The translations under genes were made by a program, and so were the position numbers. DNA of 64,000 nucleotides from contig NC_134027.1 in assembly GCF_964204645.1 (NCBI RefSeq), positions 1,054,001-1,118,000 on the forward strand, read 5' to 3'. The notes beneath the pieces were generated by a model. That model made no database searches. It had not been told where the DNA came from and saw nothing but the letters and a program-made list of their open reading frames with translations. This document shows positions 25,906 through 54,087 of this stretch, one piece after another; position 1 is the first letter of the stretch; each line of letters opens with the position of its first letter. Origin of the DNA: Tubulanus polymorphus (Eukaryota; Animalia; Nemertea).

Positions 25906-28502
25906 AGTTTTGCAGGGAACAAAATGTCGCTGAAATTATTTTACCAAAGGGTTTAGGTGCTAGGGCTTGGAAACCACTGCGGACAGATGGACGACGAAGT
26001 GAATACAGTATAATGAGGTCATAAAAGCTGTAAATCAAACATGTCCCGAATACACGAATTGAAGAGTATTTAACGACTTCCCCTGAATCGCAAACAGTTC
26101 AAAATTCAGTAGAGAACGAGTTGACGACAAAGATACGTATATTATTTGATAACAATAAAATATATTTATTTCACGAAGTCAGGCAAACGCGCACGACAAA
26201 TATTTCAGCAATCGTTGATGAAGAAGATCCAAGGCAAATACAGCATTTTCCCAAGGCAAACAACATAGTTTTTTGTTCGATCCAAATTCTCAAAATCAAT
26301 CTTACACTCAATAAAACAATACTACGATATACAATTTACATTATATATAGCTACTAGTGACCTACGGTTTTAACATGATTGGCTTTATGAGGACAAGATC
26401 CAATTACAAGGAATGTCTATGAAATTTCAAAACAAACGACCGTTAAAAATACCGAATTCAAATATGTATTGTATCCGACACGTATTGTTTACCAGTGTCA
26501 CGGCCGTCCGGCTGACCTTGAAGCGCGATGTGACGTCACGTGGAAATGGCTCACTACATTTTAATCCTAACACGCACTGGCGCCCCTGGTACGATGAACT
26601 TATCGGGCCCCTTGAGTGCACAACGCATTTCACAAGGGAAGATCTTCAGAATTACTCTTAATTGTTTAGATTCCCAAACAACGAATCAATTTCGTCTCGA
26701 ATGATTTCATGAGATTCGATTCAGAAATAACGAAGCTCTATCAAAAACTTTGTAAAAAAAGGAGTTTTTCATACCAAGGGGAGATTTTAAACAATAGACA
26801 AAATTTCATCCACCTCACAGAAATTAACGAAACTTCCCCCTGTTTAAATCCATTCATGATAGATTCAAACATGATTATCGATGAGGTTTTAAGCTAGGGT
26901 GGTGGATTCACTGAATGATAATGGTGCTAACATTCTTAATTCTCTAGATTAGAATCCAGACGATAGTACAGGTGTGCCTACTACAGTCGAGAGAGCGCGA
27001 GATCGGGTGCCTGGTGCCTATCGCGCTACAATATATACACGATGATTTAAGTAACGTACATCCATTCATGATAGCTTCAAACATGATTATCGATGAGGTT
27101 TTAAGCTAGGACGGTGGATCTACTTACGAGAGAGATCGGGTGCCTATTTGTGCCGTTTGCTTGAATATATACACGATGATTTTAAGTAACGTAGAGTATT
27201 CCCGCGAAAGAATGTGTCAGTTAAAGGAGAATGCAGAATATTCATCCATCAGAATAGATTACACTATAACTTAAGTATCATATCCCAGAAAGAGCTGTTA
27301 TAAGATTGTGTCAGTGCAATAAAGAATTAAGAGGATAATTTATTTCGGTGGAAAGTGTCCTTTTCTATTAGTACATGTACACATAATCACAAGTCAGCCC
27401 TGGATCCACCTTTTAAATGTTTAATTTTCTTGAATATTTCCCGAAAAAAATGATCGTCAGATGAGGACAGTGAAGAGTTGTGATAATGAATGAAAAAGTA
27501 CAGGTTTTTTGTCCTCATTTAGGCAAGTAGTTTGAAGCCATGAAAAACGGATTAGTTTCACTATAAAATACGTCAAGCAGTACAAACTATACAACTATAA
27601 CTACCTGAAACTATTCACACAACTATCATATCACGCAAAACACTATCACATCGCTCAGACAGAACTATCGCATAGCCGTCTAGACGTCTTGTAGCTCAGT
27701 GCCGTATTGGTTGGCAGCAAACACAATAAGTTATTTACATAACAGACTCTTGTAGTTTGTAAATCATCTGATTATCTTTTCCATGACATTATTCCTGAAG
27801 ATGACTATAAGAATAAAGTCGAAAAGCTGAATAAACTACACTAGCTCAAGGATACATTTTTTCATTTAGGCAACTGTTTCATCAATGGTTAATATATATG
27901 TGGCAAGTTTCCAGAACTACAAACTCATTTACGATGAGTTGCGGCAACAAATACGTGATGGTTTCTAATAAGATTTCCTATAGGGGCTCCATAGGTAGAT
28001 GTGGTCAGTGTTCCTCACCCCCTCACCCTCTCACCTCATGGATGCTTATGCACTTTATGAATGGCGCAAATTAACAGAAAAGGGCAATACGAATAAAAAT
28101 GTGAAAAGTTCTGGGGGTGAAATCACAAACTGTTACGTTCAAGCATATTCACTAAAATATAAAACAGGGCAGTTCCACAGTTCTGAGTTAAGATTTGACC
28201 CTGGGTTAAAACATTGAAAATGAACTAACTTTATCTCAGAGTTAACTCTAACTCACACAAATGTGGAACTGGGTCCAGATTCTTGAGTAGTAAAATCTGA
28301 GGCCAGTTTCACCGTCAGTCGACACAACTTAAATCCAATAGTGGCAACACTGATCTTAAAGTTGTTACGTTAGCTATAGAACTAGGATACGAGCTTAGAC
28401 TGGTCTAAGCGATGACAGCGCAACTGACACGCGTATAAAAAAAACACCGAAATGTTTTAAATGTTTTTTGTGGAATAAATCCGTACGTTGCGTCCAGCAT
28501 CG

Positions 28503-42111
<13,609 letters not shown>

Positions 42112-43308
42112 GGTCGTTGTCTAATAACAACAAGTGATAGAATTTTAAGAGTTGTCGAATAGGTGTAAAATCCGTTTAAAAATAACCACACGACTACTAG
42201 CTAAATAGTCTCAACCTTATGATAATAACAGAAATGACTACTAGCTTATAGTCAATGATTGATAATGATAATGACTACACGCTATTCGTCAAGCACCGAA
42301 AGTGGAGAAGACTACCGAGCTGCTAGTCCTTATTTAAGCGATTGTAATCCCTTATTCTGGAATATCTGACTATCAGTTAAAAACTATCAAATACTATATC
42401 AAAATGTGATTAGTGAAATTAAGGTAAATCTCGTTAAGTTAGGTTAGAAATAGGTTAGATTTTGTCAAAGTTCATTCAAAAATATTTGTTAATTTAGCAA
42501 CTAAGCCTAGTTTAATTAAGCCTAGACTGCGGTTCCGTATGGAAGTGGGTCCACGGAGCAGCCCTGGACCCTGTTCTACGATTATTATCAATTTCAGCTA
42601 TCGAAAACGAATTTGACCCAACTGACTACGGTAGAACCGGGCGCCCAGATCGGTCTGATAAAGAAGTTAAAATTCTTGATAAATTCCTATTACTAGTGGA
42701 TTGCTAGCAGCAGCAGTGTGAATGAGTGTCGTGTGAACAATGTGTCTCGTCTCGTTCTATTCTAGTATATTAAAATATGTGACAGAAATTAATTCAACAT
42801 CTGCATGAAAAATGATTTAATCTGCTCTGCAGCGTTACCGCGACTACGTTATTGAACGTTTTGTTGTTGTTGCGGAGAGATTGAATTTGAATATTAAGCG
42901 CAAACACTGCTTGAAACTTCATTCAAATAGCGATTTAAATCAAACTCACGAACCGTCTGTCACCTGACCCAGTCCACAATATTTTGACAGCAAAAAAACA
43001 ACTTAAAAACATTAAAAAGTAACCGATACAAACTAAGCCTACTATTAACATAAAATCGAGTTAAACATTTTCCTGACACATGGTTTTCAAACAAGCTAAA
43101 CCCAGTGAATTGATCAGTGATTTTTGAAAACATTCTGAATATGTGGGGAGTTGGGAGAGGGTTTTGATTACCGGAATAAACTGTACCCGGGTCCTGGAAG
43201 AGGAACTGAGAAAAGGATTATGGACCCGCGTTCGAATCCCGTAGAACTAAGAGATTAATAAAAATGGATCCCGAATTGGAACTATCCGTCTGTCGAAGAA
43301 AAACTTAC

Positions 43309-43449
43309 CATCGTAGAACCATTAACAACTACCCCGACCTCTAAACCACCATCGGTGTAATCATCATTCTTTTTACAATTTTTAACCCTTTCATCGATAA
43401 CCGGTAATTCCTGGCGTTTACGAACTCGCGATTCTAGAAATCTGATCAT
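43309..43449 (-). CDS. ATP2C1: Candidate alternative first coding exon of ATP2C1 (47 aa, phase 0)
   Basis: Open from ATG to the consensus donor ATG|gtaagt; phase-compatible with the acceptors at 42120 and 40801. Confidence 0.5.
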
Positions 43450-43852
43450 TTTATTCAACAAAAAATCTCGTAGTCGTCTCGCACACCGTTGACTGCACGG
43501 CGTGTAGCGTGAATTTATTACTAATACTATAAAACCAGTTCAACTTCACGATTGTGAAACAGGGGCAAAATTCAAAGTCCGAAAGCTCAAAGTTATTATA
43601 ATCCTATCACAAAAGTTGTCTTTATTATTATTAGGACAACAAATTCAATCCGCATTTCTTTGCCGGAAAGTCCGATTCAGAAATAGAAAATAATATTTCA
43701 CGTTGACCTAACTTTTAAATGGATTAAATAATGCCTGCCTTTTTTTAATTGAGGAAAATATCGATTTTGAATTAGGAACCTAATCGTTTAGTATTTAGCG
43801 CTCTACATACCGGTATAGGTAATGGTCTCCTAAGCAAGTATTTTTCTAAGAC

Positions 43853-43987
43853 CAGGGCCCAGTTTCACGAAAAAGTTTAAGCCTAAAATGGTTCAGTTTG
43901 AATTGTTGTCCTCATTCAAAACATGAAATAACCAATAGCAATCTCACACCAAAAATTTGAGTTTAACTTTTTTGTCAAACTGAGACC
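43853..43987. mobile_element. MITE family B copy
   Basis: gggcccagtttcacgaaaaagtttaagcc...aacttttttgtcaaactgagacc; near-identical copy at 44751-44882 and a diverged one at ~38843-38968. Confidence 0.8.
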
Positions 43988-44750
43988 AAGTCTTATTAGG
44001 ACTTAATTTATCAACACAATTCTTATCCTAACTTTAGGCCTACCTTAAATATATGTCCTCTGATAGTCTCTTTTGTGTATACAATTTGTTCTTGCAAATA
44101 ATTCAATGCACAATTCATTCAAAAAATTCCTCCGGAATTTCTAGCATCCAAGAAATATCGAAGAAAATACAAAGGACTGAAGGTAGATAGCGCTGTGGTA
44201 TGTCGTCGTTATGGTATAATAGTGTATGATAAAGAATCTTAATGATAAAAAACATAGAAATATTGAAAAAGAATTCAACTTACTCAGTTACACGTGATTC
44301 AATTAGATTCCTAACTATGATCTGTATTCACAAACACAGGTTTGAAACTATGAGAGCATCGGTTAAAACCTTGAATATACAATGTAGGGATTTAATGTTT
44401 ACTAATGTTTTAATGTAACAATAAATCTGACGGTGATAGGTTCTGGTAACATATGCAACCACCACAAAATTATACAATACGTCAATTAAAGTACGACAGT
44501 ACGTCAATGTGGACTCAGTTTAGATGTGGATCCATTCGTGATCCAGACTACTTGTTCAGTAGGACTTAGTCTGCTGGGCGGCGGCCAAGTCTACTAAAAA
44601 GTCTGCTGGACCAAATGGGGAGTATACTGTAGACCTAGTATAATGGACCTATTCCAGTTAACTGTACCCGCGAGTGTTTGTTCCACAGTTCAGATACAAC
44701 TCATGATATTGAACTTGGTCTCCAGTTATTCAGTAGGGGCCTAACATAAT

Positions 44751-44882
44751 CAGGGCCCAGTTTCACGAACAAGTTTAAGCCTAAAACGGTTAAGTTTGAA
44801 TTGTTGTCCTCATTGAAAACATGAAGTAACCAATGGCATTTACACCAAAAATTTGAGTTTAACTTTTTTGTGAAACTGAGCC
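44751..44882. mobile_element. MITE family B copy
   Basis: Near-identical to 43853-43987. Confidence 0.8.
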
Positions 44883-45491
44883 AAGGGCTACCTAGGTTAA
44901 ACCTTTCCCATTACTGTTTATGTAAAAAGTGAGGAACTAACAAGCAGCTACTTTACTTCATTTAGTGTTAGAGCATATTGTGAATCTGCTGGCTAATGAT
45001 TGGTTGACAGTGCTATTTTCATTAGTAAATAGCAATTACAGCTTAGGGCACACATATAACACCACATGTTAATCATCACTGTAAATGAAGTTTGCCGTGA
45101 CGTAGACACATTGTCCATAATTATTGCCATTATAAGGCCAGCTGTCATCTCAGTCCGCTGAGTTTCGCAAGAAGGTTTCCTAAATCATTCCACATCTTTT
45201 AGCGAGACCTGACAGTCCTTGATCCCGAGGAGGATGATTTAGGCCCTACAAATTTTGAGGTTACAAAAATGAAAATGTTGTCACAAGCGGCCTCAGTAGC
45301 TCAGCGGGGTGAGGTGAGGCGTGATGCTGTTGCATTCATTATAAGCGCTGAGTGGGTTTATGTTGGCTGCCTACAGTAATACGTGGTCATGAGGTTTCAT
45401 GAACAATCCTATCAGGAAACCAAGATCCAAATGATGTAAAGCAATATAAAACAAAAAAGAAGCAACTGCACTTTAGGTGTCCCTAATGGTC

Positions 45492-45919
45492 GGTCATCCT
45501 TATTACCGAGATGATGTATTTTACCGAGATCAACCGAGATGAAATTAAATATAACATATTTATTTATTCCATATCGATTTTAACCATTGAAATCATATTA
45601 TATCAGTAATAAATGCCTGCTGGGTTCATATTTTACATATTTTGTCGGATATTTTTGGAAAAATAACTTTTAACTTTACCGAGATGAGATTGTCGATCAA
45701 TCAAATTCAATGAAATTTTATTGCTAACCGAGTTTACGTTTTTTGAGTCAAAATTTTTTTAAATAAAAAAATATGTAAAATATGACTCTAGGAGGTATTT
45801 ATTACTGATATAACATGATTTCAAGCGTTAAAATCGATAAGGAATAAATAAATATGTTATATTTAATTTCATCTCGGTTGATCTCGGTAAAATACATCAT
45901 CTCGGTAATAAGGATGACC
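45492..45919. mobile_element. Long-TIR non-autonomous DNA transposon (Merlin- or Mutator-like)
   Basis: TIRs start GGTCATCCTTATTACCGAGATG, are perfect for ~79 bp and extend to ~140 bp; flanking direct repeat (c)ctaatggt of 8-9 bp. Confidence 0.85.
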
Positions 45920-48900
45920 CCTAATGGTTGTGTAGGGCCTACCTAACCTTACCGTATAACGCTATTCTTTAATGACACTAGTGCCACAAAGTGGAGTGTG
46001 GTGACCTAAACTGCTATTAGACACAAGGAGCGACTGCACTTTAGGTGTCCCTAAATCTAATGGTTATGTACCTAACCTTTACCATTCCCTAAGGCATAGG
46101 CCTACCTACCAACAACACTAACTATTCTTTAATAAAATTAGCGCCACACAGCAGCAGAAAGGTGAGCTAAACTGCAGTTAGACCCAGGTGATAAACAAAA
46201 TATAGGCTATAGATAAGAGTTTAGATGACGTAGTCTTAATAATAATAATCACATAATTGCGATGTATGTATGACGATTTGATTACTGCTGAACCCGGAAC
46301 CCGGAAATACGAGAAAAAACCAACTGACCTCCTCGCGGCAGTTCTCTACAGTTTCTGACGTATTCAAAGCGATTCTATTGACTGAATTCACATCCATCTG
46401 TTTGTTTTATATCCATTTATGAGCAACATTCAATCATTCCGTCAAAAATTGGCGATCAATCGACGAAAATATTACAAAAACATTTACGAAATTTCAGAAT
46501 TTCTAGAGCTCGGCTCCACACGTAATGAGACGCGATAAACTTCGATCCGCGTCGAACACACACCGCAATAGACTCCGCGCCGCACCGAATCACGACTTAC
46601 TGAAATACAAACTCGCTCTAGACTGGACGAAACGATTAATCTTAGACTGGTTGCCTGCCCAGAGACCGGTAACCAGTCTTACAATAGACCTCGGCGCGGG
46701 TGACTCAAATCTGTCAGTAATGAAACGATATTCCTCAGATCAATTAAATTCATAGATTCAGTATTTACACTTATTCACCTGTCAAAACTGATTCTTCCCA
46801 TGAATTCAGACGACAATTTTCTACCCGAAACATATCTACGACTCTAGATTTAGACTCCGCTTGGAAGCAGTCCTTCACATGATGTAGGCTTTAACAAACG
46901 TCTCAGAGGTTGTATGTAGTGATGCGATTGCAAAAAGAATTCGAATGGAAATGAACTTGAGATGAAAAAACGAAACAATTTTTCTACTTGAAAATAGCTC
47001 ATTTTAATGCGACTATTTGGAATTGACGTTGTCGCGATATATTTTAGAAACGACAGTACGACTTATTCTCCAGGAGGTAGCGCCTCCCAGTGTTGACTTT
47101 ATTAACTATCAACTCGGAATCTAATGCGTGTATAAAAAACCAAATAAAACATTGAAACATTTTCAATTAACGGTTATAACTCGGTACTCAGGGATCTTTG
47201 AAGTATTCGGTGAATGCGGCTTCGGTCACATTTAATGTTGATCCTTTACTTTGAAAAGTTCCTTTCAAATATGAATTGATCTTTAACGCTCTTTGATATT
47301 GCGGTCGCGCCTAAAATCCTACATAATGGACAAACCTTGTTCTCGCCAACATTTCGTTCAGTTTTGATGGCTAAAAAGTGAACATTTTCAACTCATTTGA
47401 ACTAGCCTTCCTCTTACCTAGGTCTCACTTAAAAGAATGTTAATGTTACCTTTTTTTTACTAACAAGAAACAAAGTCTTTGTTGTCGTGTCGTTATAAAC
47501 GTAGGTTGAGTGTGTAGATTGATAGTTTCGGTTATTATGAATGTTTTGATGATGATGAGAGAGAGATGAGATTTGGGAGAAGGCGAGGCTGCTGTGTTAC
47601 TGATGCACTGAGTTTGTCATCATCTGTCGTTGTTATACCTGGTTCGCACGGATCAATGAGAGAAACCACGCAGTTCTCATCGACGTATTAAGATAACAAT
47701 CGTGTATTCGATAATTGCGATCAACCCTCTTGCCCTTCTGAACACGTTTGTTACATTCTGGATTACATGCCAAAATTTAGATTTGCTGCAACTTCGCTAA
47801 TGCGGTTTTCATGTTTCACCTGTTCCCCACTTGTCGAAAGAGAGGCTTCAGATTGCGTTATGGTCACGTGTTTAACATCGCCAACAGCAGACGAAACAGG
47901 CAGTTAAACACGGCAATGAATTCCGTCGATTTTATTACTGCATTATCAAAACCTCTGAACGATATGATTTTTTTTCGGGTACGCGTGCGCCCGCGGGTTA
48001 CGAAATCGAAGGTGACGCATATTCCGAGTAACAGTGGCCGCATGCTCTGATCGATTAAACCTCTCCCACCGGTAAAAAGCCATTTATTTTGACCGGTAAA
48101 ACATCCCGAATAAATTGACACAGAAAAAATCGTCTTCCGCGAAACGAGGCTGTAACAGACGTCAAACATCGAATAATGAAAAATCGACCAAACACAAAAC
48201 ACAAAAACAAAAGCAAATACATTTTTATTGTAAGATAAGTGACAGCTGCGGCATGTTGTCGGTTCCTGCAGCTTCTTATCATTAGCGATCTTAGAACACT
48301 CGAATAGATCTCATGTGTTTGCGAAAAGAAAATCTAATGGTTTTTGGACACGCGATCGTAAAACTGAGTAGACGATCAGAATTCGGATTACATAATAAAA
48401 ACATAGATATTATCAACAATATAGAATCACACAGAATAAAGAGAACGAGAATCTGAAATGTTCTATCTAAACAAAATCAAAAACTGTTGAACTGGATCCA
48501 GAATTGTAAGATTTCCCGTTGTTATAACGGTTAGCAACTAGTATATACGTGTATTAGAATAGATTAATCAATAATGACATATTGATATTCATAATTAAAA
48601 GCGAAATCTGTCTCAACTACAACTAGTCAAAGTACAGCATGATTATCTCGAGAATGAGGGTTGTTTAAAGTATGTTGCTATGCTCGCGTTATTATAGGTA
48701 GTTAGCCCGTATTTGTTACAGAACTCAAGACAGCTTAATCAACGATTACGTAATTTACCAGAGCTTCTGCCGGAGAGAGAGAGAGTCTTATCGACGACTT
48801 AATTATTCCTTATCGTAATATTATGTCTACAAGATAACAGCAGGTTCAATCAGTGTTTTCCATCCCCCAGGCCTCCGATAGCTTGAAGCTTGAAGAAAAA

Positions 48901-51900
48901 AACGGATTGCGACTTCAATCAAAGTTATATATAGAAGAACTCACCAAAATCATCATTTTTAGAAAATAAAGAATCTGAAATCTTTAGTGCACTTTTTATC
49001 TCTCGTAAAAGTAGCTATTTCAGTAGTGCATCGAATAAAGACCCACATTTTATCTTTTTTTCGGTGAAAATATAGGTCCCGAAGAGGAAGACATATTTCT
49101 GACTTAATGAATAAAAGACTTTTAACTAACTAACTCACTTTTAATTTTGTTATTTTCAAAATTCATTATTTTCGTTAAGTTATTCGTAAGGATGAAAGTA
49201 AAACTAAGAGGTATTGGCGTTTAGACTCAATTCCACGAGCCATTTTCAAAACATGCTCGCATAGTTTTCCTTCCTAAAACGTGGATGTAAATCATCGACA
49301 GTCATTTGTCTATGGAACCCAATAGTAATTTCCAGCGCCCACAATACTGCACTATATCGGACGATAAGAAACCTAACAAAGGCGTTGACACAATGTGAAC
49401 TGTTTCGGGCTGTAAAATATTTAAAATCATGCTCCACGTAAATGCGCTACACGTGTTTTAACAGCGATTACACGATCAAAACTTGTCAACACCAATCACT
49501 TTCTCTTCTACAAGTTCGTGGTAATACTAACTTGCTTATCACCGTTTTATCGTTGCAACCTTTCGCTTGATGAAAATTGCAAACGAATTTCAATGAAATG
49601 ATGGTTCCCGGATCAGGAGTTGCGATTCGGGGGTGGTGAAAGAATGGTTGTTCCGAGTGGCTGCCAAACACTGATACTGACGCTACGATGAGCAGGTTCT
49701 GTTTACTAGAGAGTAATTAGCCTTCTTCTGAATCATGTAAATAAATCGTGTCACCGGGGCCCAGGATTGTTACAGTGTGAATGATTGTTTGCACGAATTG
49801 GAACCGAAATTCACAGTTCTTTAAAAAAAACTAGAAAATTCTGTAAATTCGACCGATTCAACTTCACCAGATCTGGTAGGCTTCTTCGATTTCCGATTTC
49901 AAAATCAAACCTGCTTCGATTCCGGCAGATGTGACTGATGGGTTTTGAAGGGATGCGGAATCAAATCAAATGAAATCATTGAATCAAATAGATAAGACAA
50001 GAAAGACTGTTACAGCCAATGTTTACAATAAATAAAGGCAACTGTACAGACAGCCTCTTAGATTCAGATATTTAGTGCCCTTTGTTATGTAGGTACCTAA
50101 AGTACCTTTCTCAAATTGTTCCCTTTATGGGGGTACCGCTATAGAATAGAATACCACAAAAATCTTACCACAAAAATCATGTTACGTGAGTCTTGGGGCT
50201 GGGTTTAAGTGAAATGCCTATTTAGATCACGTATAGAATGACTTGTATCTTTAGACTCCTGTAAAACCAAAACAATAGTGATTCGTTCAAGTAGCGGAAT
50301 GTTTTCCCACCATAGATCAGCGTAATTTCAATTAAGAAAAACGATTCTTCTCGCAAAAAATCCGTTAGATTTAAAACGTGCCCGGCCTCGCACTCATGGT
50401 TGATTGGTAGCTGATATTATTCCAGTCTGATGAACCGGGCAGGTGTACAGTGTCTACAGTCGTTATTTCCAGGTGAAATATTTTTTGACTCGTGTTTAAT
50501 TGGGCGAAAAAGTCGGAGCGAATTTTTTTGCGATCGCGAGCTGCATTCGAAATATTAATTTCACTTCGCCGCGTAACCGTGAAGTTTCATTTTGTTAAAT
50601 AAACATTTATCTTCAGATCGGTTTGACATTTACCCATAGCGCCGCGGCCCGGGACGTGTGCCGAGATGTGGACGGTTTTGTTTCGGGCGCAGCGACGCGA
50701 CGCACCGTCCCTTGCATTAAAAAGCCAAACGATTCCGCGAAAAAATGATGGATAAACAAACAAATGCAGGGCGGATCCAGCAGAATGGGAGATGAGAGGG
50801 AGCCAAAACTTACTTTTGTGTGGAGGGGAGTTTGGAGGCCAAATTCCAAGAAAAGTTTAGAAGTATGGATAATTTTCTGAGTATCGATAGAGTAATTCTA
50901 AAACATAACGATGTGAATATGTTGTCTTGGCAAAAAAAGGGAAGCGGCGGGAAATCCAGTTCTTTCTAAAGACTGACTAAAGAATTTGTCTTAACGATTG
51001 TATCTAAATTCACGTTTCTAACCTTTCCTTGAGTATAATCATATGTTCTCTAGAAATAACACTCAATACTGACTCTGTGAAGATGAGATTTGAGATAGAT
51101 CTCGGGACTAACAGATAGATAAACTTCGATTTTTCTCAGTATATCTGAAATGAGATTGCTGTCAGAGAATCATAAAAGCCAAAATGACGAGTCGGATCAC
51201 CGTGAATTCGACTCGCCGAGAAATCACTTAATTTCACATGAGGCTCGTATTAAAACATCTTAAATAACACGTGTTGTAAGGCTTGTAAAAACCGTACATC
51301 GTGAGCGGTGTTCGAATAGTTCCCGTGAGACACACCACCACCCGGTGTACCACGCGTCGCCACAGTGCTCGGAAATTTGTTTCTTTTCGAAGTTACTCAC
51401 GTTTTCACTATGTTTTACACAGTAATTGATGGTGCTTTTAGGGGTTTTTAGAGTTAAGTGCTTTAAACCGTTGTGTGAGAAGGAGCGCCCGTCTTGTCAA
51501 TAATGACCTCTTTATTTTCCTGGAACGTTTTCACAAGATTCCCGCACGAATCTCGAGGCCAAATATCTTTACATCCCTCCTCACCCGCTGGGGGCATTAT
51601 CAGCAGGTTCGGGGACTTCTTTTCCATCCAACCCGCTGATCGCCACTCAGGGCAATATGATCAGGTTAAAATAAATTGCCATTGGTAAGAAACCTTAACA
51701 AAGCCAAATTATAGGATTGAGTTCCTCTGTGGAGTTAAAATATTTGAAATGGACAAAATTTAACCAGTTAAACTGGAAAAAGAAAAGTGGAACTGGATCA
51801 AGACGCTTTTGAATTAAGATTAGTTCATCTTTTTGTGAGTTAAACTTTTCAAATATTTTTGACTCGACAGCCAAATGATAACCGAGACCTGTGGAGTGGA

Positions 51901-54015
51901 TCCTGGATTCGAAACCGATGCGCCTTTGATCGCGACCAGCGACTGATTCATAGCTGACATCTCAAATAACATCCCATTTCGTAAAATACACGCGGCTCCT
52001 AAATCTGAATTTTATAACCCAAAAGTATTTATGATATGTTTCAAGTTATTTGTTTATTTCAATACGGTATCCAAGGTCTAAGATCAAGGTTGTGAGTGAC
52101 TGACCGACCGAACGCTTGAGATCAAAGGCCTGGAGAAACCGCCCGATCGATATGGGTGGCATAAACCAATCGGTAAGAAGGATTAGACTCATATGTCGTG
52201 CCAGTAGAGATCACCTGGAAGCGGGGGTGAGATGGATTATCATTGGGAGCCACATGTCACTGATCTGTATCGTTAATCCGCGCGCGGCCATTAGTAATGT
52301 CTACACATAGTTTATATGGACAGACAAAAAACATGTATTCCATATTTCGACCTCACAAGACGCTGGTCAAACCGTCTCACGTTTTTAGAGAGACATGACA
52401 TGATATCCATACCATTGGCTGCTGTTGATTAGTGGTTTTTTTCTGAACTGCAAATTGAAACATCTATAAGGTTTTTTTACCAAGTTCAATTGAGTCCAAG
52501 TCGATAGAGAATTAAAAAGTTGGTTCCAGTTCCGGGTCCTGATTTGTTTAAATCCATCATCCTTGATATCGTACCGAAAAACTCGATAAAAAGAGTTTAT
52601 AGAACATTTACAGAATAGTAAAGGCAAAGTACCTTGACCTTTGAAATCAGATTATGAGAAACTAAAGATTCTAAAATCGACGGAATTCATTGCCGAGTTT
52701 AACGGCCTGTTTCGTCTGCTGTTGGCGAGGATAAGAAAACGACTTTTAAAACGATGAGTATGAAGAAAGATTGTGGCGGCGCAGAAATAATTTCCTAATA
52801 AAGGAAAGCAAAATAAAGCATCGTCAAAGACATAACAAAATATGAAAACGTGGGAATTGATGAAGTTAAGAATGAATGGTAGATGTTGTAGAGATGTGAC
52901 ACAGTCAGGAGTAAAGAATGAATGGTAGATGTTGTAGAGATGTGACACAGTCAGGTGGAATTGTGTAATTACCATCTTTATACCACTTAACATTCACGTG
53001 TACAGGATACGAGGACCTGGTACCATTAACCCCGGTACACCTGGGCTACAGACTCACTGCGTAACTCTTACTGCTGCTGCTGCTGCTGCTGGTGCAAGTG
53101 CATCCAGATGTTTCAGGTAATAGATGATGGATATTACAGATGTAACAATTCAGTTTTGTTTGTGTGTGTACACTGAGCGTAAGGTGTTTCAAACTCATCA
53201 ATATTTTTACGATTGCGTAATATTAACGGGATTCGAACCCGGCAGTGACTCGCGGCAATTCTTCAAGTTCCCGCCGCCATATTATTCTAGCGATCACTGA
53301 TGCGTTACAGATTTTATTTACTCGAAAACGGGCGCGTATTTAAAAAAAAAATCGTCGCTATAATTCATCCGTAAATAATCAGTCCAGATTCTCCTCACGG
53401 CAACGCGTTTTGGCGGGCGATTTAAACCCGCAAAAATACCTCGGTATCTTATCGATAATTTCTCCTGTTACGAAACCTAATTTTCGTCGATTTCACGGTG
53501 AATTTATCACCGAATTTGACGCATGATGAGATGCAATTTATACCGACCACTTTTTGTTGCCACCAAAAACTCGTATTTTCGGATAACGGACTTTTTTTCA
53601 TCCGTACAGACTGAATAAATCAAGAAATCTTCTTCTAAATGACATTTTCTACGATTTTCTTTCGACTGATTTGTTTTTATATTTTAAACACGACTTTGAA
53701 AATCATATTCTATTTTCTTGAAGTTGTAAACGGGAGATCTCAAAAGTGGGTTATTGAAAACATGGAATATTGAACAACATTCGGGTAGTGTTGGTCAAGA
53801 CCAGGGGTCTTCACCTTCCACGAAGCCCAGTTTCAGAAATCGTCTCAAATCACAAAACTTGGCTTAGATTTCATTTGAGTTGTGTGGAATTAAGCAAACA
53901 TCTGTTGCACTAGATTTGGAAGTAAAATGCTTTTAAATCAATATATTACAAGAGACACATGTTTGGCATGAAATCCCAGGAAATGGAACCATAGCGTCGT
54001 GACTGCGACCATCAC

Positions 54016-54087
54016 GGCCTGTTGGTCTAGCGGTATGATTCTCGCTTTGGGTGCGAGAGGTCCCGGGTTCGATTCCCGGACAGGCCC
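54016..54087 (+). tRNA. tRNA-Pro (anticodon TGG)
   Basis: Full cloverleaf: acceptor GGCCTGT/ACAGGCC, anticodon arm CTCGC-TTTGGGT-GCGAG, T arm CCGGG-TTCGATT-CCCGG; TTTT terminator at 54097-54100. Confidence 0.95.

Noticed and set aside
27928-27960. Another hammerhead-like motif (acgatgagttgcggcaacaaatac)
   Set aside because: Both core boxes deviate from CUGANGA/GAAA.
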